DNA of 64,000 bases from Antedon mediterranea (GCF_964355755.1 NC_092676.1:12262771-12326770); one strand, 5' to 3'. Positions 1-11,922 are shown, numbered from the stretch's first letter. The notes: generated from the letters alone by a model not told the origin. Program-made: numbers and translations.

Positions 1-3000
1 AACTTGGTTACACAAAAACATCAAAGTGCTTAAAATCACATTTAAAACCGTTTTAGAGCGTTTTGAGCATTTCGATAAACTTTTCACACAAAAACATCAA
101 AGTGCACAAAATAGCTTCAAATCGCATTTAGAGATGTTTTAGACCATTTTGTGCGTTTCGATAAAACTTTTCACACAAAAACATCAAAGTGCACAGAATA
201 GCTTCAAATCGCATTTGGAGACGTTTTAGACCATTTTGTGCATTTCAAAAAAACTTTTTAACATAAAAACACCAAAGTGCTTAGAATCACATTTGAAACC
301 GTTTTAGAGCATTTTGTGCATTTCGACGAAACTTGGTTACACAAAAACATCAAAGTGCTTAAAATCACATTTGAAACCGTTTTAGAGCATTTTGAGCATT
401 TCGATAAAACTTTTCACACAAAAACATCAAAGTGTACAAAATAGCTTCAAATCGCATTTAGAGAGGTTTTAGAGCATTTTGAGCATTTCGATAAAACTTT
501 TCACACAAAAACATCAAAGTGTACAAAATAGCTTCAAATCACATTTGAAACCGTTTTAGACCATTTTGAGCATTTCGATAAAACTTTTCACACAAAAATA
601 TCAAAGTGTACAAAATAGCTTCAAATCGCATTTGGAGACGTTTTAGACCATTTTGTGCATTTCGATGAAACTTGGTTACACAAAAACATCAAAGTGCTTA
701 AAATCACATTTGAAACCGTTTTAGAGCATTTTTAGCATTTCGATAATACTTTTCACACAAAAACATCAAAGTGTACAAAATAGCTTCAAATCGCATTTGG
801 AGACGTTTTAGACCATTTTGTGCATTTCGATAAAACTTTTCACACAAAAACATCAAAGTGTACAAAATAGCTTCAAATCGCATTTAGAGACGTTTTAGAC
901 CATTTTGTGCATTTCGATAAAACTTTTCACACAAAAACATCAAATTGCACAAAATAGCTTCAAGTCGCATTTGGAGACGTTTTAAACCATTTTGTGCATT
1001 TCGATAAAACTTTTCACATAAAAACATCAAAGTGTACAAAATAGCTTCAAATGGCATTTAGAGACGTTTTAGACCATTTTGGGCATTTCGATGAAACTTA
1101 GTTACACAAATACATAAAAGTCCTTAAAATCACATTTCAAACCGTTTTAGAGCATTTTGAGCATTTCGATAAAACTTTTCACACAAAAACATCAAAGTGC
1201 ACAAAATAGCTTCAAATCGCATTTAGAGATGTTTTAGACCATTTTGTGCAATTCGATAAAACTTTTCACACAAAAACATCAAATTGCACAAAATAGCTTA
1301 ATATCGTGTTTGAAAACGTTTTAGACCATTTTGAGCATGTCGATAAAACTTTTCACACAAAAACATAAAAGTGAACAGAATAGCTTCAAATTGGATTTGG
1401 AGACGTTTTAGAGCATTTTGTGCATTTCGATAAAATGTGTTAACATAAAAAGACCAAAGTTTTTAGAATATCTTCAAATCACATTTGGAGACGTTTTAGA
1501 CCATTTTTTGCATTTCGATGAAACTTGGTTACACAAAAACATCAAAGTGCTTAAAACCGTTGCTTAAAATCACATTTAAAACCGTTTTAGAGCATTTTGA
1601 GCATTTCGTTAAAACTTTTCACACAAAAACATCAAAGTGTACAAAATAGCTTCAAATCGCATTTAGAGACGTTTTAGACCATTTTGGGCATTTCGATGAA
1701 ACTTAGTTACACAAATACATAAAAGTCCTTAAAATCACATTTCAAACCGTTTTAGAGCATTTTGAGCATTTCGATAAAACTTTTCACACAAAAACATCAA
1801 AGTGCACAAAATAGCTTCAAATCGCATTTAGAGATGTTTTAGACCATTTTGTGCAATTCGATAAAACTTTTCACACAAAAACATCAAATTGCACAAAATA
1901 GCTTAATATCGTGTTTGAAAACGTTTTAGACCATTTTGAGCATGTCGATAAAACTTTTCACACAAAAACATATAAGTGAACAGAATAGCTTCAAATTGGA
2001 TTTGGAGACGTTTTAGAGCATTTTGTGCATTTCGATAAAATGTGTTAACATAAAAAGACCAAAGTGTTTAGAATATCTTCAAATCACATTTGGAGACGTT
2101 TTAGACCATTTTTTGCATTTCGATGAAACTTGGTTACACAAAAACATCAAAGTGCTTAAAACCGTTGCTTAAAATCACATTTAAAACCGTTTTAGAGCAT
2201 TTTGAGCATTTCGTTAAAACTTTTCACACAAAAACATCAAAGTGTACAAAATAGCTTCAAATCGCATTTAGAGAGGTTTTAGACCATTTTGTGCATTTCG
2301 ATAAAACTTTTCACACAAAAACATCAAAGTGTACAAAATAGCTTCAAATGGCATTTAGAGACGTTTTAGACCATTTTGGGCATTTCGATGAAACTTAGTT
2401 ACACAAATACATAAAAGTCTTTAAAATCACATTTCAAACCGTTTTAGAGCATTTTGAGCATTTCGATAAAACTTTTCACACAAAAACATCAAAGTGCACA
2501 AAATAGCTTCAAATCGCATTTAGAGATGTTTTAGACCATTTTGTGCAATTCGATAAAACTTTTCACACAAAAACATCAAATTGCACAAAATAGCTTAATA
2601 TCGTGTTTGAAAACGTTTTAGACCATTTTGAGCATGTCGATAAAACTTTTCACACAAAAACATAAAGTGAACAGAATAGCTTCAAATTGGATTTGGAGAC
2701 GTTTTAGAGCATTTTGTGCATTTCGATAAAATGTGTTAACATAAAAAGACCAAAGTGTTTAGAATATCTTCAAATCACATTTGGAGACGTTTTAGACCAT
2801 TTTTTGCATTTCGATGAAACTTGGTTACACAAAAACATCAAAGTGCTTAAAACCGTTGCTTAAAATCACATTTAAAACCGTTTTAGAGCATTTTGAGCAT
2901 TTCGTTAAAACTTTTCACACAAAAACATCAAAGTGTACAAAATAGCTTCAAATCGCATTTAGAGAGGTTTTAGACCATTTTGTGCATTTCGATAAAACTT

Positions 3001-6000
3001 TTCACACAAAAACATCAAAGTGTACAAAATAGCTTCAAATCGCATTTAGAGAGGTTTTAGACCATTTTGTGCATTTCGATAAAACTTTTCACACAAAAAC
3101 ATCAGAGTGTACAAAATTGCTTCAAATGGCATTTAGAGAGGTTTTAGACCATTTTGTGCATTTCGATAAAACTTTTCACACAAAAACATCAAAGTGCACA
3201 GAATATCTTAATACCGTGTCTGAAATCGTTTTAAACCATTTTGAGCATGTCGATAAAACTTTTCACACAAAAACATCAAAGTGCACAGAATATCTTCAAA
3301 TCGCATTTAGAGACGTTTTAGACCATTTTGTGCATTTCGAAAAAATTTGTTAACATAAAAAGACCAAAGTGTTTAGAATATCTCCAAATCGCATTTGGAG
3401 ACGTTTTAGACCATTTTGTGCATTTCGATGAAACTTGGTTACACAAAAACATCAAAGTGCTTAAAATCACATTTAAAACCGTTTTAGAGCGTTTTGAGCG
3501 ATTCGATAAACTTTTCACACAAAAACATCAAAGTGCACAAAATAGCTTCAAATCGCATTTAGAGATGTTTTAGACCATTTTGTGCATTTCGATAAAACTT
3601 TTCACACAAAAACATCAAATTGCACAAAATAGCTTAATACCGTGTTTGAAATCATTTTAAACCATTTTGAGCATGTCGATAAAACTTTTCACACAAAAAT
3701 ATCAAAGTGCACAGAATATCTTCAAATCGCATTTAGAGACGTTTTAGACCATTTTGTGCATTTCGAAAAAATTTGTTAACATAAAAAGACCAAAGTGTTT
3801 AGAATATCTCCAAATCGCATTTGGAGACGTTTTAGACCATTTTGTGTTTTTCGAAAAAACTTTTCACACAAAAACATCAAAGTGTACAAAATTGCTTCAA
3901 ATCGCATTTGGAGACGTTTTAGACCATTTTGTGATTTTCGAAAAACTTTTCACACAGAAACATCAAAGTGTAGAAAATTGCTTCAAATCGGAAAAAAAAT
4001 GTTTTGAGAGATGTTTTAGAACAATTTTGTGCATTTCGAAAAAATTTGTTAACATAAAAAGACCAAAGTGTTTAGAATATCTCCAAATCGCATTTGGAGA
4101 CGTTTTAGACCATTTTGTGCATTTCGATGACACTTGGTTACACAAAAACATCAAAGTGCTTAAAATCACATTTAAAACCGTTTTAGAGCGTTTTGAGCAT
4201 TTCGATAAACTTTTCAAACAAAAACATCAAAGTGTACAAAATAGCTTCAAATCGTATTTGGAGACGTTTTAGACCATTTTGTGCGTTTCGATGTATCTTG
4301 GTTACACAAAAACATCAAAGTGCTTAAAATCACATTTAAAACCGTTTTAGTGCATTTTGAGCATTTCGATAAAACTTTTCACACAAAAACATCAAATTGC
4401 ACAAAATAGCTTAATATCGTGTTTGAAAACGTTTTAGACCATTTTGAGCATGTCGATAAAACTTTTCACACAAAAACATAAAAGTGCACAGAATAGCTTC
4501 AAATCGCATTTGGAGTCGTTTTAGACCATTTTGTGCATTTCGAAAAAACTTTTTAACATAAAAACACCAAAGTTCTTAGAATAGCTTCAAATCGCATTTG
4601 GAGACGTTTTAGACCATTTTGTGCATATCGATGAAACTTGGTTACACAAAAACATCAAAGTGCTTAAAATCACATTTGAAACCGTTTTAGAGCATTTTGA
4701 GCATTTCGATAAAACTTTTCACACAAAAACATCAAAGTGTACAAAATAGCTTCAAATCACATTTGAAACCGTTTTAGACCATTTTGAGCATTTCGATAAA
4801 ACTTTTCACACAAAAACATCAAAGTGTACAAAATAGCTTCAAATCGCATTTGGAGACGTTTTAGACCATTTTGTGCATTTCGATGAAACTTGGTTACACA
4901 AAAACATCAAAGTGCTTAAAATTTCATTTGAAAGCGTTTTAGAGCATTTTGAGCATTTCGATAATACTTTTCACACAAAAACATCAAAGTGTACAAAATA
5001 GCTTCAAATCGCATTTGGAGACGTTTTAGACCATTTTGTGCATTTCGATAAAACTTTTCACACAAAAACATCAAAGTGTACAAAATAACTTCAAATCGTA
5101 TTTAGAGACGTTTTAGACCATTTTGTGCATTTTGATAAAACTTTTCACACAAAAACATCAAATTGCACAAAATAGCTTAATATCGTGTTTGAAAACGTTT
5201 TAAACCATTTTGAGCATGTCGATAAAACTTTTCACACAAAAATATCAAAGTGCACAGAATATCTTCAAATCGCATTTAGAGACGTTTTAGACCATTTTGT
5301 GCATTTCGAAAAAAATTTGTTAACATAAAAAGACCAAAGTGTTTAGAATATCTCCAAATCGCATTTGGAGACGTTTTAGACCATTTTGTGATTTTCGAAA
5401 AACTTTTCACACTAAAACATCAAAGTGTAGAAAATTGCTTCAAATCGCATTTAGAGATGTTTTAGACAATTTTGTGCATTTCGAAAAAATTTGTTAACAT
5501 AAAAAGACCAAAGTGTTTAGAATATCTCCAAATCGCATTTGGAGACGTTTTAGACCATTTTGTGCATTTCGATGACACTTGGTTACACAAAAACATCAAA
5601 GTGCTTAAAATCACATTTAAAACCGTTTTAAAGCGTTTTGAGCATTTCGATAAACTTTTCAAACAAAAACATCAAAGTGTACAAAATAGCTTCAAATCGT
5701 ATTTGGAGACGTTTTAGACCATTTTGTGCGTTTCGATGAATCTTGGTTACACAAAAACATCAAAGTGCTTAAAATCACATTTAAAACCGTTTTAGTGCAT
5801 TTTGAGCATTTCGATAAAACTTTTCACACAAAAACATCAAATTGCACAAAATAGCTTAATATCGTGTTTGAAAACGTTTTAGACCATTTTGAGCATGTCG
5901 ATAAAACTTTTCACACAAAAACATAAAAGTGAACAGAATAGCTTCAAATTGCATTTGGAGACGTTTTAGAGCATTTTGTGCATTTCGATAAAATGTGTTA

Positions 6001-8290
6001 ACATAAAAAGACCAAAGTGTTTAGAATATCTTCAAATCACATTTGGAGACGTTTTAGACCATTTTTTGCATTTCGATGAAACTTGGTTACACAAAAACAT
6101 CAAAGTGCTTAAAATCACATTTAAAACCGTTTTAGAGCATTTTGAGCATTTCAATAAAACTTTTCACACAAAAACATCAAAAAGTGCACAGAATATCTTC
6201 AAATCGAATTTAGAGACGTTTTAGACCATTTTGTGCATTTCGAAAAAATTTGTTAACATAAAAAGACCAAAGTGTTTAGAATATCTCCAAATCGCATTTG
6301 GAGACGTTTTAGACCATTTTGTGCATTTCGATGAAACTTGGTTACACAAAAACATCAAAGTGCTTAAAATCACATTTGAAACCGTTTTAGAGCATTTTGA
6401 GCATTTTGATAAAACTTTTCACACAAAAACATCAAAGTGTACAAAATAGCTTCAAATCGCATTTGGAGACGTTTTAGACCATTTTGTGCATTTCGATGAA
6501 ACTTGGTTACACAAAAACATCAAAGTGCTTAAAATCACATTTGAAACCGTTTTAGAGCATTTTTAGCATTTCGATAATACTTTTCACACAAAAACATCAA
6601 AGTGTACAAAATAGCTTCAAATCGCATTTGGAGACGTTTTAGACCATTTTGTGCATTTCGATAAAACTTTTCACACAAAAACATCAAAGTGTACAAAATA
6701 GCTTCAAATCGCATTTAGAGACGTTTTAGACCATTTTGTGCATTTCGATAAAACTTTTCACACAAAAACATCAAATTGCACAAAATAGCTTCAAGTCGCA
6801 TTTGGAGACGTTTTAAACCATTTTGTGCATTTCGATAAAACTTTTCACATAAAAACATCAAAGTGTACAAAATAGCTTCAAATGGCATTTAGAGACGTTT
6901 TAGACCATTTTGGGCATTTCGATGAAACTTAGTTACACAAATACATAAAAGTCCTTAAAATCACATTTCAAACCGTTTTAGAGCATTTTGAGCATTTCGA
7001 TAAAACTTTTCACACAAAAACATCAAAGTGCACAAAATAGCTTCAAATCGCATTTAGAGATGTTTTAGACCATTTTGTGCAATTCGATAAAACTTTTCAC
7101 ACAAAAACATCAAATTGCACAAAATAGCTTAATATCGTGTTTGAAAACGTTTTAGACCATTTTGAGCATGTCGATAAAACTTTTCACACAAAAACATAAA
7201 AGTGAACCGAATAGCTTCAAATTGGATTTGGAGACGTTTTAGAGCATTTTGTGCATTTCGATAAAATGTGTTAACATAAAAAGACCAAAGTGTTTAGAAT
7301 ATCTTCAAATCACATTTGGAGACGTTTTAGACCATTTTTTGCATTTCGATGAAACTTGGTTACACAAAAACATCAAAGTGCTTAAAACCGTTGCTTAAAA
7401 TCACATTTAAAACCGTTTTAGAGCATTTTGAGCATTTCGTTAAAACTTTTCACACAAAAACATCAAAGTGTACAAAATAGCTTCAAATCGCATTTAGAGA
7501 GGTTTTAGACCATTTTGTGCATTTCGATAAAACTTTTCACACAAAAACATCAAAGTGAACAAAATAACTTCAAATCGCATTTAGAGACGTTTTAGACCAT
7601 TTTGTGCATTTTGATAAAACTTTTCACACAAAAACATCAAATTGCACAAAATAGCTTAATACCGTGTTTGAAATCGTTTTAAACCATTTTGAGCATGTCG
7701 ATAAAACTTTTCACAAAAAAACATCAAAGTGCACAGAATAGCTTCAAATCGCATTTTGAGACGTTTTAAACCATTTTGTGCATTTCGATAAAACTTTTCA
7801 CATAAAAACATCAAAGTGTACAAAATAGCTTCAAATCGCATTTAGAGACGTTTTAGACCATTTTGGGCATTTCGATGAAACTAAGTTACACAAATACATA
7901 AAAGTCCTTAAAATCACATTTCAAACCGTTTTAGAGCATTTTGAGCATTTCGATAAAACTTTTCACACAAAAATATCAAAGTGCACAGAATAGCTTCAAA
8001 TCGCATTTGGAGACGTTTTAGACCATTTTGTGTTTTTCGAAAAAACTTTTCACACAAAAACATCAAAGTGTACAAAATTGCTTCAAATCGCATTTGGAGA
8101 CGTTTTAGACCATTTTGTGATTTTCGAAAAACTTTTCACACAAAAACATCAAAGTGTAGAAAATTGCTTCAAATCGCATTTAGAGACGTTTTAGACCATT
8201 TTGTGCATTTCGAAAAAATTTGTTAACATAAAAAGACCAAAGTGTTTAGAATATCTCCAAATCGCATTTGGAGACGTTTTAGACCATTTT
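1..8290. repeat. Tandem satellite array, left arm (87/88/78-bp monomer family)
   Basis: Continuous head-to-tail repeats. Main unit CCATTTTGTGCATTTCGATAAAACTTTTCACACAAAAACATCAAAGTGTACAAAATAGCTTCAAATCGCATTTAGAGACGTTTTAGA is 87 bp (813-899). An 88-bp variant is at 3323-3410 and a 78-bp variant at 3411-3488. Confidence 0.98.
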
Positions 8291-8297
8291 TTTTTTT
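8287..8297 (-). other. Poly(A) tail of the LINE (T11 on + strand; first 4 T shared with satellite CCATTTT)
   Basis: AGACCA-TTTTTTTTTTT-ATCTTATG at 8281-8305. Confidence 0.85.
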
Positions 8298-8304
8298 ATC
8301 TTAT

Positions 8305-8319
8305 GTGGGTTCATCCCAC
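8305..8319 (-). promoter_or_regulatory. Candidate 3'-terminal stem-loop of the LINE RNA (GUGGG-AUGAA-CCCAC)
   Basis: Perfect 5-bp inverted repeat with a 5-nt loop, 7 nt before the poly(A). Paralogous copies at 8763-8777 and 9034-9048 keep pairing through paired substitutions. Confidence 0.55.
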
Positions 8320-8320
8320 T

Positions 8321-8326
8321 TTTATT
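8321..8326 (-). terminator. Polyadenylation signal AATAAA
   Basis: TTTATT on the + strand, about 23 nt upstream of the poly(A) in element orientation, which is canonical spacing. AT-rich context lowers specificity. Confidence 0.6.
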
Positions 8327-9648
8327 TCCATACCACTGTTCTCTTTACATATATTTTTCACTATACACTATACATATCATTATATTTACAATGTTTGTTT
8401 AATCATCTGTATACATATACTTATTTAAAGAGTTTTATTCATTTGTTTACATATTATCACATTGATTACATAGCTTCCTCTTTTTAGACATATTATCTGT
8501 AACACATTTTCATTAACAAGCTTATTTTTTTTTCTTACATAGTTGTTTTTGATTTTTTCATCTACCACATTTTCATTTAACAATGCATATTCTCTGTTAT
8601 ACTCATTACTTACTAAATGTTTACTGTTAACATAATATTGTTCTCATCCTTTAACATTAATATTAATATTTTTGTTCTTTAATGTTTACAAAACCAGCAG
8701 ATCCTTTTTTGCATCTATAACTTCTTAAAATTTCATTTAACTTTTTTACTTTCTTCTCTTATGTGGATTCATTCCACTTTTTTTTTTTTGTTTACTTATT
8801 TTCTTTAAAAAAAAAAAAAAAAAAAACTATTTCCATATATTATTTTGTTTATACATACATTATCATTTAACCACATTGATTACATAGTTTCCTCTTTTTA
8901 TACATATTATCTATAACACATTTTCATTAACAAAGCTTATTTTTTCTTACATAGTTGTTTTTGGTTTTTTTTCATCTACATGCATATTTATTTCATACAA
9001 TTATAATACGTTTATGTTTAATAAATCCATCCCATGGGTTTGTCCCATTTTATTTTTCTTTGGATTTATCTATGCAAACATATTTTCATTTAAACAATGC
9101 ATATTCTCAGTTATACTAATTACTTACTAACTTTTTACTGTTAACATTATATTTTCCTCATCCTTTAACATTGATTTTTTTTATCTTTAAATGTTTACAA
9201 AATTTATTTCCAACAGATTATCCTTTTTTGCATCTACAGTATAACCCATCAAAGTTTCATTTAACTTTTTTTTCCTATGTGGGTTCATTCAATTATTTTT
9301 TTTTTACTTATTATTTATTCTATTATTTTTTTTATACATACATTATCATTTAACAACATTTGTGTTTAATGATCCATTAAAAAAATTTGACATTTTTTTT
9401 TTTCTTTTTAACCATTTTATCATTTCAAAATTCCACATGCAGTAAGAATGTGCAAATTACATATATACGGTATATACCTATAATATGAAAGCTTTGATGA
9501 AAACACTTCACCACTTAAACCTAAACCTTCTTATCCTTCATCATTTTTTTTTATCATCAATCTATAAAAAGCTTTTCACATTTTGTCTTTTTGTTTTCAA
9601 ATCATCAAGGTATACATATTTACAAAATATACAGTATAGTAGCAAGGG

Positions 9649-9680
<32 letters not shown>

Positions 9681-9762
9681 ATAATAGATTCATCATTCAT
9701 GGTATCTCATTTACATATTTTCTTCCTTAATCTGGTTGAGCATATATAGTATACCTGCAGAT

Positions 9763-11922
9763 TTACATATTTCTTATCTTTTTTTCAGATTTAAACATTT
9801 GTAGGAGATTGATTTTTTTTTCCTTTTCCAATAAACTTAATATCTTTACTTTATAAATACAAAATGCTCCTAAGGTGTATAATTTATTTACGTAATTATT
9901 GTCAGTTTCAAATAAAAGTCTTTTGAAAGAAAAAACAGGAATATGTATGCTTACTGCTCTAATTATTTCGTTTATCTCTCTCCATAAACATTTTACTGTT
10001 ATGCACTCTACTAACATATGTTTATCATTCTCAATAACATTGCATGTGTCACAACATGGGGAATTTACAAGTCTCCACCTATGTAATCTTTCATTTGTTG
10101 GCAATATTCTGTGCAACAATTTAAAATTAAAATGTGCCAGTTTTTTTCCTTTAAGACCAGAAACTTTCTTAACCCATATTTTTGTCCATGGCATATTACC
10201 AAATATGGATTCCCACTTAACCTGTGCCGTAGGTGTAATATATTGAGCATCTATTATGAATCTATATAATTGTCTAGACGTCATATTTAAGACCTTATTG
10301 TTTGTAATAGGTATATCATTTACATTAATGTCATGTGTTGATTTTAAAATACATTTCCATTCTTTTGGAATGGCTTTCAATATACATGAATATTCACTGA
10401 TCCAATTTTGTGTACATCTTAACCTTCTTTTTATCTCTATCGCAGGCTTAAACACATTATTATTTATTACATCATATATTTTTAAAAACCCTGAACTAAT
10501 CCAGTTACAGTTATATAACGGCTTCTTTTTAATACATATAAACTCATTACCCCATAATGATTGATTAATAATGTCATCATAGCTTATTGGTTCCTTATTT
10601 AATCTATTATTACAAGCATTAGCTACTGCTATAGACTTAATAACTGAGAGGTAAAATGGTGGTACGGATATATTACACGGAACTTTTGATAAATTTGAGG
10701 TTAATGATTTTGGGCCTATCTTTTCTATATAAAATGTAGGTAAATATTTCCATTTGGCATCATCGTTTTCATACAGTCTCCTGTACCATTTAACTTGGAA
10801 AGATATTACCTGAGATCTGAATTCTACCATTTTTAGACCACCTTGACTGTAATTGGCACACATGGTTTTTCTTTTTATTTTCTCTTTCTTAGTTTCCCAA
10901 ATGAATTTAAAAATTAATTTATCCACCTCTTTTATTACTTTTTCTGGTACTAGCAAAATGCAGGAATTGTATATAATTTTTGAGAGCGCTAATGTTTTTA
11001 CAATAGTAATTCTTCCAAAAAAAGTGAGGTGTCTTTTCTCCCATGTTTTTAGGGTATTTTTTAATGCGTCTATTTTTTCTTTCCAGTTCTTTTGATAACA
11101 ATATTCCTTATCATGTCCAACATAGATACCTAATATCCGAATTGGTGTGGATGTCCAAGAAATGTTACCATGTGTGTCCTTGCAGTCTCTTAAACTGCCA
11201 AGCCAAAAAGCATTTGTTTTATTCTTATTTAATTTTAATCCAGAAACCTCTCCAAACTTTTCAATAATACTTATGCTGTTATCTATACTATTTATATCCT
11301 TTAGAAAAAGCACAGTGTCATCTGCTAGCTGTGCAATCTTAATATCTTTAAATATACCATTGCCTGCAGGAACAATCAGGCCTTTGACCATATCACATGC
11401 TCTTATTTTTGTAGCTAGGACTTCAGCTACTAAAATAAACAATAGAGCAGACAAGGGACATCCTTGTCTAATACCTTGGTGCATTGCAAAACTTTCTGAT
11501 TGCCAACCATTATTTGTGAATATACAATTTGTATTGTTATACAGTGCTTTTACCCAGTTCACAAATGAAATACCAAAATTGAATTTATTTAAGGCTTCTA
11601 TTAAAAATGATCTATTGACACTGTCAAATGCTTTTTGGAAATCTAAACTTATAAGTATACCTTCAAGCTGTTCATTTTCCATGTAAGTAATTATGTCCTC
11701 TATTAGTCTTATATTGTCACCACCAAAGCGACCTTTTACATACCCTTTTTGGTCATTGTTTATTATATACTTTGCAACTCGATGTAATCTTGTTGTAAGA
11801 ACAAAAGAAGCTATTTTGTAGTCAATATTGAGTAAAGTGATAGGACGCCAGTTATTTAAATCTTTGTGATCACCTTTTTTGTAAATAAGGTTGATTATTC
11901 CCCTTCTTTGTGACACAGACAT
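9763..11922 (-). CDS. ORF2 fragment: non-LTR reverse transcriptase and C-terminal Zn-binding domain
   Basis: Motifs NWRPITLLNIDYKI, DQKGY, LDFQKAFDSV, GIRQGCPLS, QLADD, SGLKLNKNKT, ILGI. C-terminal CDTC-x7-H-x4-C. Confidence 0.93.
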   Translation of the reverse strand: MSVSQRRGIINLIYKKGDHKDLNNWRPITLLNIDYKIASFVLTTRLHRVAKYIINNDQKGYVKGRFGGDNIRLIEDIITYMENEQLEGILISLDFQKAFDSVNRSFLIEALNKFNFGISFVNWVKALYNNTNCIFTNNGWQSESFAMHQGIRQGCPLSALLFILVAEVLATKIRACDMVKGLIVPAGNGIFKDIKIAQLADDTVLFLKDINSIDNSISIIEKFGEVSGLKLNKNKTNAFWLGSLRDCKDTHGNISWTSTPIRILGIYVGHDKEYCYQKNWKEKIDALKNTLKTWEKRHLTFFGRITIVKTLALSKIIYNSCILLVPEKVIKEVDKLIFKFIWETKKEKIKRKTMCANYSQGGLKMVEFRSQVISFQVKWYRRLYENDDAKWKYLPTFYIEKIGPKSLTSNLSKVPCNISVPPFYLSVIKSIAVANACNNRLNKEPISYDDIINQSLWGNEFICIKKKPLYNCNWISSGFLKIYDVINNNVFKPAIEIKRRLRCTQNWISEYSCILKAIPKEWKCILKSTHDINVNDIPITNNKVLNMTSRQLYRFIIDAQYITPTAQVKWESIFGNMPWTKIWVKKVSGLKGKKLAHFNFKLLHRILPTNERLHRWRLVNSPCCDTCNVIENDKHMLVECITVKCLWREINEIIRAVSIHIPVFSFKRLLFETDNNYVNKLYTLGAFCIYKVKILSLLEKEKKINLLQMFKSEKKIRNM

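Larger units (their letters stand above)
8300..9355. repeat. Diverged tandem repeat within the 3' UTR (about 460-515 bp unit, two copies plus a partial third)
   Basis: Units begin TATGTGGRTTCAT at about 8302, 8760 and 9276. Shared blocks: 8458-8565 vs 8872-8979 (CACATTGATTACATAG...CATCTAC) and 8568-8658 vs 9080-9172 (TTTTCATTTAA..CAATGCATATTCTC...CCTTTAACATT). Confidence 0.88.
8298..9762 (-). other. LINE 3' UTR (about 1.46 kb, very AT-rich)
   Basis: Lies between the ORF2 stop (9763) and the poly(A) tail. Confidence 0.8.

Noticed and set aside
813-899. CENP-B box in the monomer (TTCG present)
   Set aside because: The required TTCG-N4-A-N2-CGGG pattern is incomplete; there is no CGGG in the satellite.
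3991-4025. Anomalous GAAAAAAAATGTTTTG segment that creates a 172-aa ORF
   Set aside because: Seen only once. The paralogous block near 5441-5470 is normal, so this is most likely a local repair scar or consensus error.
8300-9355. 3' direct repeats as LTRs or DIRS/Penelope-type terminal repeats
   Set aside because: There is no matching repeat at the 5' end and no integrase, tyrosine recombinase or GIY-YIG domain. APE plus non-LTR RT plus poly(A) define a LINE.
8201-9730. Short hydrophobic plus-strand ORFs in the 3' UTR
   Set aside because: F/I/Y/K-rich translations of low-complexity AT-rich sequence and homopolymers.
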